From Bacteroidota bacterium (GTDB lineage: Bacteria; Bacteroidota; Bacteroidia; NS11-12g; UBA9320): a stretch of 64,000 nt of DNA. Below the pieces are notes generated by a model. That model had not been told where the DNA came from, ran no database searches, and saw nothing but the letters and a program-made list of their open reading frames with translations. Position numbers and translations under genes: made by a program. Position 1 is the stretch's first letter, and every line of letters begins with the position of its first letter. This document shows, piece after piece, positions 37,975 through 47,324 of this stretch. The DNA is taken from the NCBI GenBank assembly GCA_013359235.1, contig JABWCE010000007.1, forward strand, positions 26,609 to 90,608. The letters run 5' to 3'.

Positions 37975-39195
37975 TCAATCTTGTCTGTTGTCATCTTTCT
38001 TGGGCGTAGGTGCTTTCTTTTTATCTTCAGAAATTTCAATTTCCGATGTTTTTTTAATGATTTTTTTAGCTGTATCTGATTTTTCAATAGGTGGAGAAGT
38101 TGGATTTGGTTTGCCGTTTTGCTTTGGAGCATTGGGTTTAACACCGTTTGGCGTTTTTTGTTTTATTTGAATTTTTGGCGGCTCTTTTTTCTGTATTTCA
38201 ATTCCTGATTTAAAAACCAATATTCCTTTAGTTTCAAATGAATCGGGTTGGTAATTTAAAGTGGCAAAAATCTTTGTATTGTCATTACTAAAAGCAACTC
38301 CTCTGGCATTTGTACCAATATTTTCAATCAATTTTATTATTTTTTGTTCATCAATATCCCAAACAATAATACTACCATCGTTACTACCTGATACAGCATA
38401 TTTACCGTTTAAAGAAATAGCTACTGATATAACTTTCCAATCATGACCTGTCAATGTTTTTTCAAGTTTGCGGGTTTCGGTGTTCCAAACTTTTACTGTT
38501 TTATCGCTTGATGCAGAAATTAATTTTTTGTTATCTCTACTCAGTGCAATGTAATTTACTTGATCAAGGTGTCCTTCGTAAGTACCAATTAGTTTACCGG
38601 TAATATCATATTTTTTTATAATATTGGTATTGTCAGAGCAATATATACTTCTTCTATCTCTACTTACTGCAATACATGATACAGGATTTGTGTTATTAAT
38701 TTTTTTATCTTTTGCTTTGTATATATCATAATAGCTTATTGTTCCATCATTACTGCCGGTAAATAATAATTTACCGGATGGGTCAATTACTATTGAATTT
38801 ACCGACATTCTATGAATAAAAATGGTTTTATCTTTTATGACAGAACCGAATGAATCAATCAAATAAGTAAATACTTTGCCATCAGTTCCTCCGGTTGCAA
38901 TTACTTTGGCATTTGGTGTTATGGAAATACAATTTACTGCCGAATAATGATCTAATAACGAGCTAATGGGAGTATAAAATGAATCATTAGTAAATAAATT
39001 TACCATTCCATCCCAAGATCCCGAAGCTATGATTTTTCCATTTTCTGAAACTGCCATACATTCCAAATCATCAGAATGTCCTTGTAATTTGAATAAAATT
39101 TCAGATTTAGGTTGTTGTGCAAAACCTACAATGGTAAAGTATGAAAATATTATAGCAAGTAAATGCTTCACAGGACAATTGAAAATGAATTTCAA
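37975..39195 (-). CDS. secreted WD40-repeat (beta-propeller) protein with Lys/Pro-rich C-terminal tail
   Basis: 406 aa, signal peptide, multiple GS/SGS-D-x-V/I-WD-like repeats, C-terminal 70 aa low-complexity K/P-rich. Confidence 0.7.
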   Translation of the reverse strand: MKFIFNCPVKHLLAIIFSYFTIVGFAQQPKSEILFKLQGHSDDLECMAVSENGKIIASGSWDGMVNLFTNDSFYTPISSLLDHYSAVNCISITPNAKVIATGGTDGKVFTYLIDSFGSVIKDKTIFIHRMSVNSIVIDPSGKLLFTGSNDGTISYYDIYKAKDKKINNTNPVSCIAVSRDRRSIYCSDNTNIIKKYDITGKLIGTYEGHLDQVNYIALSRDNKKLISASSDKTVKVWNTETRKLEKTLTGHDWKVISVAISLNGKYAVSGSNDGSIIVWDIDEQKIIKLIENIGTNARGVAFSNDNTKIFATLNYQPDSFETKGILVFKSGIEIQKKEPPKIQIKQKTPNGVKPNAPKQNGKPNPTSPPIEKSDTAKKIIKKTSEIEISEDKKKAPTPKKDDNRQD

Positions 39196-39247
39196 TTTTA
39201 TATTAATTCATTTTAATAAGCAAGTATGTTTAAAAAATAATTTTGTT

Positions 39248-39928
39248 TTAAACCAAGCCTTCATCGGCAAAACTAAAGTATTTATTATTTGCAATTATCA
39301 AATGGTCTATCAGTTTGATATCAATAATTACTCCTGATTCTTTAATTTTTTTGGTTATACTTTTATCAGATTCGCTTGGTTGCAAATTGCCTGATGGATG
39401 ATTGTGAGCTATTATTATACTGCAAGCATTTTCTTCTAAGGCTATTTTAAAAATTTTTCGTGTATCTACAACGGTACCGCTTATTCCGCCTTCGCTTATC
39501 TGACGACATGATATGAGTTTGTTTGCTCTATTGAGCAATAATATCCAAAATTCTTCATATTGGTTATCTGAAATCAAAGGTTCAAGTATTTCGAATGCTT
39601 GTTTGCTCGAATTTACTTTTTGTTTAATGGCTTCTTCTAACTTTCTTCTGCTTGCTAGTTCTATTGCTGCTATTACAGTAATTGCTTTTGCTACTCCAAT
39701 ACCTTTTATTTTTTTTATTTCGTTTACATTAAATCTTGCAAGCAAGTTCAGATCATTTTGAGCTAATTCAAGCAGTTCTCTGCCTAAATCAACTGCCGAT
39801 TTGGTCTTTGTACCTGTTGAGAGTAAAATTCCAATTAATTCGGCGTTGCTCAAACTGCTTTTACCTTTTAAAACAAGTTTTTCTCTTGGTTTTTCATCAT
39901 CAGCCCAATGTTTAATTGGTTTATTCAT
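39248..39928 (-). CDS. radC: RadC-family (JAB/MPN) protein
   Basis: 226 aa. HhH N-terminal region and HNHPSGNLQPSESD JAMM-like motif. Confidence 0.85.
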   Translation of the reverse strand: MNKPIKHWADDEKPREKLVLKGKSSLSNAELIGILLSTGTKTKSAVDLGRELLELAQNDLNLLARFNVNEIKKIKGIGVAKAITVIAAIELASRRKLEEAIKQKVNSSKQAFEILEPLISDNQYEEFWILLLNRANKLISCRQISEGGISGTVVDTRKIFKIALEENACSIIIAHNHPSGNLQPSESDKSITKKIKESGVIIDIKLIDHLIIANNKYFSFADEGLV

Positions 39929-39944
39929 ATTTTACACAACTTTA

Positions 39945-41594
39945 TTAATTGCTTTTTTTCTTTTCTTCAAAAAGTTTATTAAAAAACTCAAGTTTTTTGT
40001 TTGCTGAATCAAGTTCTTTTATTTTGGATACAAAATCTTTTGATTTATCAATTTCTTTATTCACATAATAATAATACGCTAGATATTCGTATGCTTCAAT
40101 TAAATCTTTTTTGTTTTTCTCAAGTGTTTCGGGCTTTGAAAGTATAAGTTCTACCATTTTTTCATAAAATGGTTTTGCAAGCCCAAGTTTTGTTTCGGGG
40201 TCTAGCATTGCATTTGATTTTGCTCTAAATTTTTGTGCATTGTAATTTTCGGAGTTTATATTGGTAACGGTTTTAAATGCACTATCAGCAAGCAAATATT
40301 GTTTTGATAGATAGTACGAAAGTCCTAAATAAATATAATCATTTACTGTAGGTTTCCCGGCAGCAATTTTTTTGTTCAAATACAAAATTGCTTCATTAAA
40401 TTTTTTTACTTTATAATATGCTAATGCTATATCGCTATATAAATCTGTATTGGTTGTATCTAATTGTACGGCTTTTAACAATTCTATCATTGCAAGTGAA
40501 TCTTTCATGTTTTTTGATAATAATTTACCTTTGGCAGAAAAATCGCTTGACAGAAATTTAAAGTCTTTAATTTCTGATGCCAACTGAAAAAATTTATTAA
40601 TTGCATACAAACCTTTTACATAGCCATCTGGTGGAAATTTGTCTCCAACTTCTGAGTAGCTGTATCCAAGAACTCTATATAAGTATAAACTCGAGCTGTC
40701 AGATTGTTGAATTTTTACAATTTCATTTATTGCATCTTCATAAAGTTTGTTTACCCAAAGTATTTGAGCAAATCGGTTTCTTGCTTCGGGATCATTATTT
40801 AGTGCTAAATATTTTTTATATTGCTCTAATGCCTGTTTGTTAAACCCTGCCATAAGATACAGTTCGCCCATTACAATATATGCCGGAGCAAAAGTTGAAT
40901 CAATTTTAATTGCTTCTTTATACCATTTAAGTGCTTCTGTTGGGTTTTTGGCTCTGTAATACAATTTACCTATTCTTAATATTGGTTTTGCAAGGTTTTT
41001 GTCTAACTCTGCTGCTTCGTTATACTTTTTTATTGGACCTGAACCATCCATTTGGTTTTCTTCTAATAATGCATCACCTATCAAAATATGTATTTCGGGA
41101 TTTTTTGGTTCAAGTTTTTGTGCTTTAGTCAACAATTCCTTAGCGTAAGGAAGATTTTTGTTTTTTGAGTTAATAAAATTTTCGGCAATTTTCATAAGAA
41201 TCAAAGCATTTTTGCTTTTGGTTTTTGCTAATGCTTTGTTAAAATATTTTTCGGCTTCGTTTTGGTAGTTTGTATTCCACAAAACTTTTCCAATTCCTAC
41301 ATAATTCAAAATGAAATTTGAGTCTGAAGAAATTCCTTTTTTGTACATCATGTCTGCCGAATCGTACATTGCTTGCTCAAAATATGTTTCTCCAAAATAG
41401 AAATAAACCTTAGCTTTATCGGGGTCGGTATTTACAAGTTTTCTGAATGATTCTTTTGCACTTTCATAACGTTCATTTTCTGCCATTCTTATTGTTTCGC
41501 TCAATGTTTGGCTTTGGGCAAAATATGACCAAAAAATTATAGATACTGTAATTGCTGATTTTATTATTGTTTTTATAGATTTCATTTTTTTCAT
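39945..41594 (-). CDS. tetratricopeptide-repeat protein (secreted)
   Basis: 549 aa with signal peptide and repeated A/Y/L TPR patterns. Conserved downstream partner of the tonB cluster. Confidence 0.7.
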   Translation of the reverse strand: MKKMKSIKTIIKSAITVSIIFWSYFAQSQTLSETIRMAENERYESAKESFRKLVNTDPDKAKVYFYFGETYFEQAMYDSADMMYKKGISSDSNFILNYVGIGKVLWNTNYQNEAEKYFNKALAKTKSKNALILMKIAENFINSKNKNLPYAKELLTKAQKLEPKNPEIHILIGDALLEENQMDGSGPIKKYNEAAELDKNLAKPILRIGKLYYRAKNPTEALKWYKEAIKIDSTFAPAYIVMGELYLMAGFNKQALEQYKKYLALNNDPEARNRFAQILWVNKLYEDAINEIVKIQQSDSSSLYLYRVLGYSYSEVGDKFPPDGYVKGLYAINKFFQLASEIKDFKFLSSDFSAKGKLLSKNMKDSLAMIELLKAVQLDTTNTDLYSDIALAYYKVKKFNEAILYLNKKIAAGKPTVNDYIYLGLSYYLSKQYLLADSAFKTVTNINSENYNAQKFRAKSNAMLDPETKLGLAKPFYEKMVELILSKPETLEKNKKDLIEAYEYLAYYYYVNKEIDKSKDFVSKIKELDSANKKLEFFNKLFEEKKKSN

Positions 41595-42520
41595 TCTACG
41601 TTTGCTTTTATATCTCTTACTTTTAAATATACTGGAACTAAACCTGCTTTTGTAAGTATTAGCTGTCCTTTGTCAATATTACAAATAAAGTTTACAAAGC
41701 CTGTACCAAGACCCATTCTTGTTTGACGATTTATCAAAAAAACTCTTCTTATAAATGGATAACTGTTATCGGCAATGTAATATTGATAAGGTTTGTAGTA
41801 TAATCCACTGCTTTTGTGCCCTATGCCCATCACATTTATTTTTTTTAAAAAAGCTTTTGAAATATTGCTGTAATCATCTGTTATCCAACCTGCGCTTACT
41901 ACTCCGATAGCATTTTTGTTTTTTGATACATATTCAATTACTTCTTTGTTACTGTTCACTCCAAAGCAGTTTTTCTGCAAGTCGGCTCCATTGAGCAACG
42001 AATCTTTTATGTAATGAAAATTTGCCGAATTGGGGTTGTCAAAAATTACAAGTATATCTTTATCGCTGCTCTTTCCTAATTCATTCCATTTTGTAATTTT
42101 TCCTATCAATATTTTTTTAAAATCTTCAACATCTAAAGTAGAATCTTTATTCTCTGTATTTGATATTATAGCTACTGCATCATAAGCAAATAGTGTAGTT
42201 TTGGGATAAATATTCTTGCTGTTGAACAATTCTATTTCATTTTTACTCAATTCGCGGTTTGAAACAATAACTTTACACGAATCATCAAGCAAAGATTTTA
42301 TAGCTTCTTTTTCGTTTTGCACCAATGTATTTATTTTAGCTTCAGGATTTGTATCTTCAAATACCCGTGTAAAGGTTTCAAACAAAAAAGTGTATGATTC
42401 GTCAATTGCAATAGTGGTTTTGCCCGAAGTCAAAGTATCTGTTGGCTCGTCAATTACTTTATTGTTGCAAGCGGTAAAAAAAATTAACAATGAAGCTAAA
42501 ATGCAAAATATTGATTTCAT
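41591..42520 (-). CDS. PstS/PBP-like substrate-binding lipoprotein
   Basis: 309 aa, lipoprotein signal (FFTAC), periplasmic-binding-protein type-II fold pattern. 4-nt overlap with the TPR gene. Confidence 0.6.
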   Translation of the reverse strand: MKSIFCILASLLIFFTACNNKVIDEPTDTLTSGKTTIAIDESYTFLFETFTRVFEDTNPEAKINTLVQNEKEAIKSLLDDSCKVIVSNRELSKNEIELFNSKNIYPKTTLFAYDAVAIISNTENKDSTLDVEDFKKILIGKITKWNELGKSSDKDILVIFDNPNSANFHYIKDSLLNGADLQKNCFGVNSNKEVIEYVSKNKNAIGVVSAGWITDDYSNISKAFLKKINVMGIGHKSSGLYYKPYQYYIADNSYPFIRRVFLINRQTRMGLGTGFVNFICNIDKGQLILTKAGLVPVYLKVRDIKANVE

Positions 42521-42524
42521 ATTT

Positions 42525-42728
42525 CTAAATTTTGTTTCTGAAATCTGATAAATAAATTTTAATAAGTTTTATTACTCCGTAAATACATAAAATTCCGCCA
42601 AAAAAATATTTATTTGAATTTGTTACTAAACCTCCTGTTTCAAATTTTTTAACAAAAACATATATCCCAATTGATATAAATATAAGTCCTAAAACTAATT
42701 GTAATATGGACTTAAGACCTAAATTCAT
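42525..42728 (-). CDS. small two-TM membrane protein (hypothetical)
   Basis: Start trimmed to MNLGLKS to avoid overlap with tonB. Two hydrophobic helices. Confidence 0.3.
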   Translation of the reverse strand: MNLGLKSILQLVLGLIFISIGIYVFVKKFETGGLVTNSNKYFFGGILCIYGVIKLIKIYLSDFRNKI

Positions 42729-42750
42729 TAATTGAAAACAAACAGAAATT

Positions 42751-43584
42751 TTAAAACAACCTAAATCTAATAGGTATATTGAAGTAAACCGGAACAGGTT
42801 GTCCATTTTGGCGCCCTGGTTTCCACTTTGGCATTTTTTTGATTACAGCAATTGCTGCTTCTTCGCATCCATAGCCTAATTTTTCTCTACTAAGAATAAC
42901 TATGTCTTTAATGTGTCCATCAGCAGTTACAGTAAATTTAAGATGTACTCTGCCTTCTATATTTGCATCTTTTGCTTGCTGCGGGTATTCAAGATTTTCG
43001 GCAATAAACCTCATCATTGCTGATTCGCCTCCTGGAAATTCGGGCATTTGCTCAACTGAAACAAAAGGCTCAACTTCTTTTGGCTGTTCAATCACTTGAT
43101 TACCATCTCCCACTTCGTCGGGTATTATTATATTGTCATCTCCTGTACCTTCTTGTGTTTTTTCACCGGCATTGGTTTCTACAAGTTTTTCTTGAGTAAC
43201 AACTTCTTCTACAATTGGTTCGTCAACAACTACTGGTGGAGTAAATTTAACCATTTCTTGTGCCGGAGGTGGAGGTGGAGGTGGTGGAGGCGGTGGTTCG
43301 GGTTCTGTTTTGTCAACAGGTGGTGGCTCTAAATCTACTTGAGTATCTACATTTTCAACTATTTCGGCTTTGGGTTTAAATACTGTTAACAGTTTTGGTA
43401 TTGAAAAACCTAATACAAAGGCTGCAATTGTAAAAATTAAAGCAAGCGTATATGATCTATTGTAACTTTTTCTTAGCTGATAAGCACCGTATTCTTTATT
43501 ACGGTCAGAAAATACAATTTCATTCCTATAATCAGATGTTACATTTGTCCAATTGTTGAAAAATTTGTCTATTACGCTTTCCAT
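42751..43584 (-). CDS. tonB: energy transducer TonB
   Basis: 277 aa. N-terminal TM anchor, Pro-rich spacer with a run of 12 Pro, C-terminal TonB_C domain. Confidence 0.8.
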   Translation of the reverse strand: MESVIDKFFNNWTNVTSDYRNEIVFSDRNKEYGAYQLRKSYNRSYTLALIFTIAAFVLGFSIPKLLTVFKPKAEIVENVDTQVDLEPPPVDKTEPEPPPPPPPPPPPAQEMVKFTPPVVVDEPIVEEVVTQEKLVETNAGEKTQEGTGDDNIIIPDEVGDGNQVIEQPKEVEPFVSVEQMPEFPGGESAMMRFIAENLEYPQQAKDANIEGRVHLKFTVTADGHIKDIVILSREKLGYGCEEAAIAVIKKMPKWKPGRQNGQPVPVYFNIPIRFRLF

Positions 43585-43593
43585 AACCTTATA

Positions 43594-44226
43594 TTACTTT
43601 ATTGTTTGTTTAAGTAAATTTAACTCTCCCATTGTAATATCAGTAACTGCATATTTACCGATATTACATATATTAAATTCGTCAATCAAATCTATTAAGT
43701 TCCTGTAAACTGCTTTGTCATCAGCTTTAACTACAAAAAATGGAGCTTCTTTTCTTGCTTTTGCATCTACTGCTAAATTTTTATAAGTTGTATCGTCTAT
43801 TTGTTTATTAATTTTTTTCTTTTTTAAATCTTTAATGGTTTTAATTACCAAATCGTTTTTATCTAATAAAAACTTATTCAAATCTTCGCCAAACTTAATT
43901 TCGCTAAGTGATGTTGCTGGTTTTCCGTTTTTGGGAACTTCCTTAAACTCGCCTTCATACCAAAAAACTCTATTTTCGGCTGTAAGAATAAATGTATAGC
44001 CATTTACTAAAGTAGTATTTTGCTTTGGGTCTTTTGGTGGAACAGGAAAGGTTATCTCCATCGTTTTTGGCTTGCTAAAAGTAGATGTGAGCACAAAAAA
44101 AGTAAGTAATAAAAAAGCAAGGTCAACCATAGGTGTCATATCTACTCTGGTACTTTGCTTTTTGGCTCTCAGCTTCCCTTTCTTACCATGCCCTGCGGCT
44201 CCTGCGTCTGTGTTTAATTCTGCCAT
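43594..44226 (-). CDS. exbD: biopolymer transport protein ExbD/TolR
   Basis: 210 aa. N-terminal basic stretch then VDMTPMVDLAFLLLTFFVLT TM helix. Confidence 0.8.
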   Translation of the reverse strand: MAELNTDAGAAGHGKKGKLRAKKQSTRVDMTPMVDLAFLLLTFFVLTSTFSKPKTMEITFPVPPKDPKQNTTLVNGYTFILTAENRVFWYEGEFKEVPKNGKPATSLSEIKFGEDLNKFLLDKNDLVIKTIKDLKKKKINKQIDDTTYKNLAVDAKARKEAPFFVVKADDKAVYRNLIDLIDEFNICNIGKYAVTDITMGELNLLKQTIK

Positions 44227-44238
44227 ATTTCTTTCAAA

Positions 44239-44898
44239 TTATTCTTCAGGACCTTTCTCAAAATTTGTCAACAGATTAAATCTATATATTTTTAAATCTG
44301 TAAAAGTTTTAATTACTTCTTTTACTACTATATAATTTGCATTACCATCAGCTTTTATCGCAAAACGCAGCGGTTCTACTGATAATTGCTTACCGGCTGC
44401 ATCGGCTGTTTCTTTAAGTTCTTTATATTTTGTTGCTCCTTCTATCCAACCATATTGTATCCAATCTTTAAGTTGATTATTCAACGAATCGTAAGGGATA
44501 CCGCTCGAAGGAAATTTTTCTCTCATTCCTGGTTCGGTATTGATGTATTTAGCCAAATTCTGCATTGTAACTCCAATACTCGACATTTTTCCAAATTCAT
44601 CAATTTCACTTTCCGAAAATTCAAATTTGTATTTTTTAGCCATTCTAATTAATACATTTTTCCTTACCTCATATCCTGTAACATTAAAATATACCTTTCC
44701 GTCATTACTTATGGTAATAAGTACCGAATTTTCGGGCATTAATTTTGATGATGTAGAACTTGGAGTAAGAACTTGTACAGGTTCAGGGTTGCGGAATGAT
44801 GCAGTTAAAATAAAAAAAGTTACAAGAAGGAATGCAAGGTCAACCATTGGAGTCATATCCAATGAGGGACTTGATCTTGGCATTTTTACTTTTGGCAT
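44239..44898 (-). CDS. exbD: biopolymer transport protein ExbD/TolR (second copy)
   Basis: 219 aa. LDMTPMVDLAFLLVTFFILT. Confidence 0.8.
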   Translation of the reverse strand: MPKVKMPRSSPSLDMTPMVDLAFLLVTFFILTASFRNPEPVQVLTPSSTSSKLMPENSVLITISNDGKVYFNVTGYEVRKNVLIRMAKKYKFEFSESEIDEFGKMSSIGVTMQNLAKYINTEPGMREKFPSSGIPYDSLNNQLKDWIQYGWIEGATKYKELKETADAAGKQLSVEPLRFAIKADGNANYIVVKEVIKTFTDLKIYRFNLLTNFEKGPEE

Positions 44899-44918
44899 AT
44901 TTTTATTTTTTTAAAAAA

Positions 44919-45713
44919 TTAACCTTGCGATTTTAAAGTTTGCATAATACTGAAACCGGCTTCATCCATGCTATATGTAAGAGCATCAATTTTTGTAGCA
45001 AAAACATTATAAAAAATAATTGCAAAAGTTGACGAAACTATACCTACGGCTGTGTTTACAAGTGCTTCAGATATACCAGTTGCAAGTGCTGCGGTATCTG
45101 GCTGTCCTGCTGTTGCAAGAGCAGCAAATGCTCTAATCATTCCAAATACAGTTCCAATAAGTCCTATAAGTGTTCCTATTGATGCGGCTGTAGATAAAAT
45201 TGGTAAGTTTTGACTTAGCATTGGTAATTCTAATGCAGTAGCTTCTTCAAGTTCCTTTTGTATTGCAGCTTCTTTTGCTTCTTTGTCCATCGAACTGTCA
45301 TTGTGAACATCTTTGTATCGCTGAAGTCCACATTTCATTACGTTTGCAAGTGAACCTTTTTGATTGTCACACTCATTAATTGCAGTATCAATTTGCCCTG
45401 AAGCAAGCATACCTTTGATTTTTTTTACAAAAAGGTCAATTGAACCTTTGCCTTTTGCCCGTTGAATTGTAATAAATCTTTCAATTCCAATTGTAATTAC
45501 AGTAATCAACAAAGCTAAAAGTATTGGTACAATAAACCCTCCTTTGTACATAATACCGAGAATATTTCCAGCTTTTGGATGTCCTTCTGCGTCAAAATTT
45601 GCTTTGTCACCCAATACTAAATAATAAATGAGATGACCGATAATTACGGCGAGTACTATTACCATTCCGGCAAAAAACCTGCTTAAATTTGATGTTAGTT
45701 TTTGATTAGCCAT
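44919..45713 (-). CDS. exbB: MotA/TolQ/ExbB proton-channel protein
   Basis: 264 aa, three TM helices, C-terminal GLIGTVFGMIRAF motif. Confidence 0.85.
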   Translation of the reverse strand: MANQKLTSNLSRFFAGMVIVLAVIIGHLIYYLVLGDKANFDAEGHPKAGNILGIMYKGGFIVPILLALLITVITIGIERFITIQRAKGKGSIDLFVKKIKGMLASGQIDTAINECDNQKGSLANVMKCGLQRYKDVHNDSSMDKEAKEAAIQKELEEATALELPMLSQNLPILSTAASIGTLIGLIGTVFGMIRAFAALATAGQPDTAALATGISEALVNTAVGIVSSTFAIIFYNVFATKIDALTYSMDEAGFSIMQTLKSQG

Positions 45714-45916
45714 ACTATATTTTTTTTTGTTTTTTTATATTTTTCGTTTAATAATCGGTTGGCAAAAATATAATTTATCTTCAATCATTCAATTAATTTA
45801 ACGTTTTTATTTATGTTTTTGTGATTAAAATAATTTTAAACTTCGCCTAAAAACCTCATTTTCAATTTCAATCTAATTACCAAAGGTATTAAAAAATTTG
45901 TATTCGGATAAAAAAA

Positions 45917-45939
45917 AATCTGCTGTCAGCAGATTTTTT
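45917..45939 (-). terminator. Rho-independent terminator after rpsT
   Basis: ATCTGCTG-TC-AGCAGAT hairpin flanked by an A-run upstream and T-run downstream; reads as a terminator on both strands. Confidence 0.6.
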
Positions 45940-45957
45940 AAAATGTTTTTTCAGCTC

Positions 45958-46212
45958 TTATCCTAATGAATTGACAAGTTTTGTCAATTTACTCTTCTGA
46001 TTTGATGCCTTATTTTTATGTATAACGTTTTTCTTTACAAGTTTATCGAGCATCGAAAATATTTTTGGAAGCATCGAAGCAGCATTTGTTTTGTCGCTTG
46101 TTTTGCGAATTGATTTTAACACTGTACGTACAGATTTGTGTTGATATCTGTTTCTAAGCCTTTTTGTGTTATTTGAGCGAATTCTTTTTATTGATGATTT
46201 ATGATTTGCCAT
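45958..46212 (-). CDS. rpsT: 30S ribosomal protein S20
   Basis: 84 aa. MANHKSSIKRIR...RNRYQHKS. Confidence 0.9.
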   Translation of the reverse strand: MANHKSSIKRIRSNNTKRLRNRYQHKSVRTVLKSIRKTSDKTNAASMLPKIFSMLDKLVKKNVIHKNKASNQKSKLTKLVNSLG

Positions 46213-46224
46213 TTTTTATTTTCA

Positions 46225-46232
46225 GGGTTGCA
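46225..46232 (-). promoter_or_regulatory. candidate -7 element TACTTTTG upstream of rpsT
   Basis: TAnnTTTG match on the minus strand about 20 nt upstream of the rpsT ATG. Confidence 0.3.
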
Positions 46233-46279
46233 AAAGTATAATTATAACATTTAATTTCCAAACAATTATTAAAAATAAA

Positions 46280-47260
46280 CTAAGTGCTGCAAGGGTCTTC
46301 TATTTCAAGACATACGAGTTTCCATGTTTCATTATGTTTTATGAAATAAAAACCGAGATTTCCATCGGTACTGTAAATAAAAGCAATAATTGTTTTTTCG
46401 AGTTCTTTTATCTCATTTATTTCATTCATTAGAGGTATTTCTTCTTCAGGGCTGAATTCTTTTAAATCTTCGATAGATTTTGAAATTTTATTAAAATTTT
46501 CTTCAATTCCACCATAACAGCCTCTTTTGTTGTATAAATCTGCCATATCGCAGTTTATCTCTGGTTTTTCTCCTTCAATAAACGAAAAATTTGATTTTTT
46601 AAATGATTCGAGTGCTATTTTCCAAGGGATTTCTTCGGCAAATTCTGATATATCATTTATTTTAACAACTGCAGTAATAAATCCGGGTTTTGATAAATAA
46701 AACAAATTAGTAGAATCAGAAATATATTCTTTTAAAGATTTTTCTCCATCTTTTTTTAATTTACTTATAAATTCTAATGCAAAATTGTTAAAATTTTGAG
46801 TTTTAAGATTTGTATTAATTTTGTTTTTTTCATTCTTTTCTTTTTCTATTTGTTTTTCAAAAATCTCTAACGAATCACCACCTATTACATTTCTAATTAA
46901 AATTTGATGAATTTCAACCTTTTTTATTAATTGTTCATACAGTTTTTTTAATTTTTGATTTTCTTCTGTAACAGACTGATTAAGGTTTTTTAACACAATA
47001 AGTTCATTGTTTAGGTCAATTACATATTGCTTGATATCCTTCATTTCGCTCGAAAGCCTTTTGATTTCTGAAAATGACAATGAATCTCTGAATTGCAGAT
47101 TGTTAATTTCACTTTTTTGAACTTTTAAAAGCATTTCTAAAGTATCTATTTTGCTTTTCAATTCTTTTTTCTTGGGACCAAATTGTGAAAAACCTAAATT
47201 TATAGAAAAAACAAATATTAATAATATTATAAAATTCATGTATTTCATATAATAACACAT
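46280..47260 (-). CDS. hypothetical secreted coiled-coil protein
   Basis: 326 aa, signal peptide, heptad-rich middle, Cys-containing C-terminal domain. Confidence 0.5.
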   Translation of the reverse strand: MCYYMKYMNFIILLIFVFSINLGFSQFGPKKKELKSKIDTLEMLLKVQKSEINNLQFRDSLSFSEIKRLSSEMKDIKQYVIDLNNELIVLKNLNQSVTEENQKLKKLYEQLIKKVEIHQILIRNVIGGDSLEIFEKQIEKEKNEKNKINTNLKTQNFNNFALEFISKLKKDGEKSLKEYISDSTNLFYLSKPGFITAVVKINDISEFAEEIPWKIALESFKKSNFSFIEGEKPEINCDMADLYNKRGCYGGIEENFNKISKSIEDLKEFSPEEEIPLMNEINEIKELEKTIIAFIYSTDGNLGFYFIKHNETWKLVCLEIEDPCST

Positions 47261-47303
47261 TATTCAATATTACAAAAATACATATATATCGGCTTAAAAT
47301 ATT

Positions 47304-47311
47304 TAGTTTTG
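47304..47311 (+). promoter_or_regulatory. candidate -7 element TAGTTTTG upstream of glyQS
   Basis: TAnnTTTG match 13 nt upstream of the ATG at 47325. Confidence 0.25.
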
Positions 47312-47324
47312 TGCCCTTTTAATA

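Noticed and set aside
42525-42806. 93-aa ORF as annotated in the ORF track overlapping the tonB start by 56 nt
   Set aside because: A 56-nt overlap with tonB is unlikely. An internal Met gives a non-overlapping 67-aa two-TM product, and even that is only a low-confidence CDS.
43262-43300. (GGW)n triplet tract as a CRISPR or other repeat element
   Set aside because: It is simply the coding sequence for the poly-Pro TonB linker. No spacer-repeat periodicity anywhere in the window.
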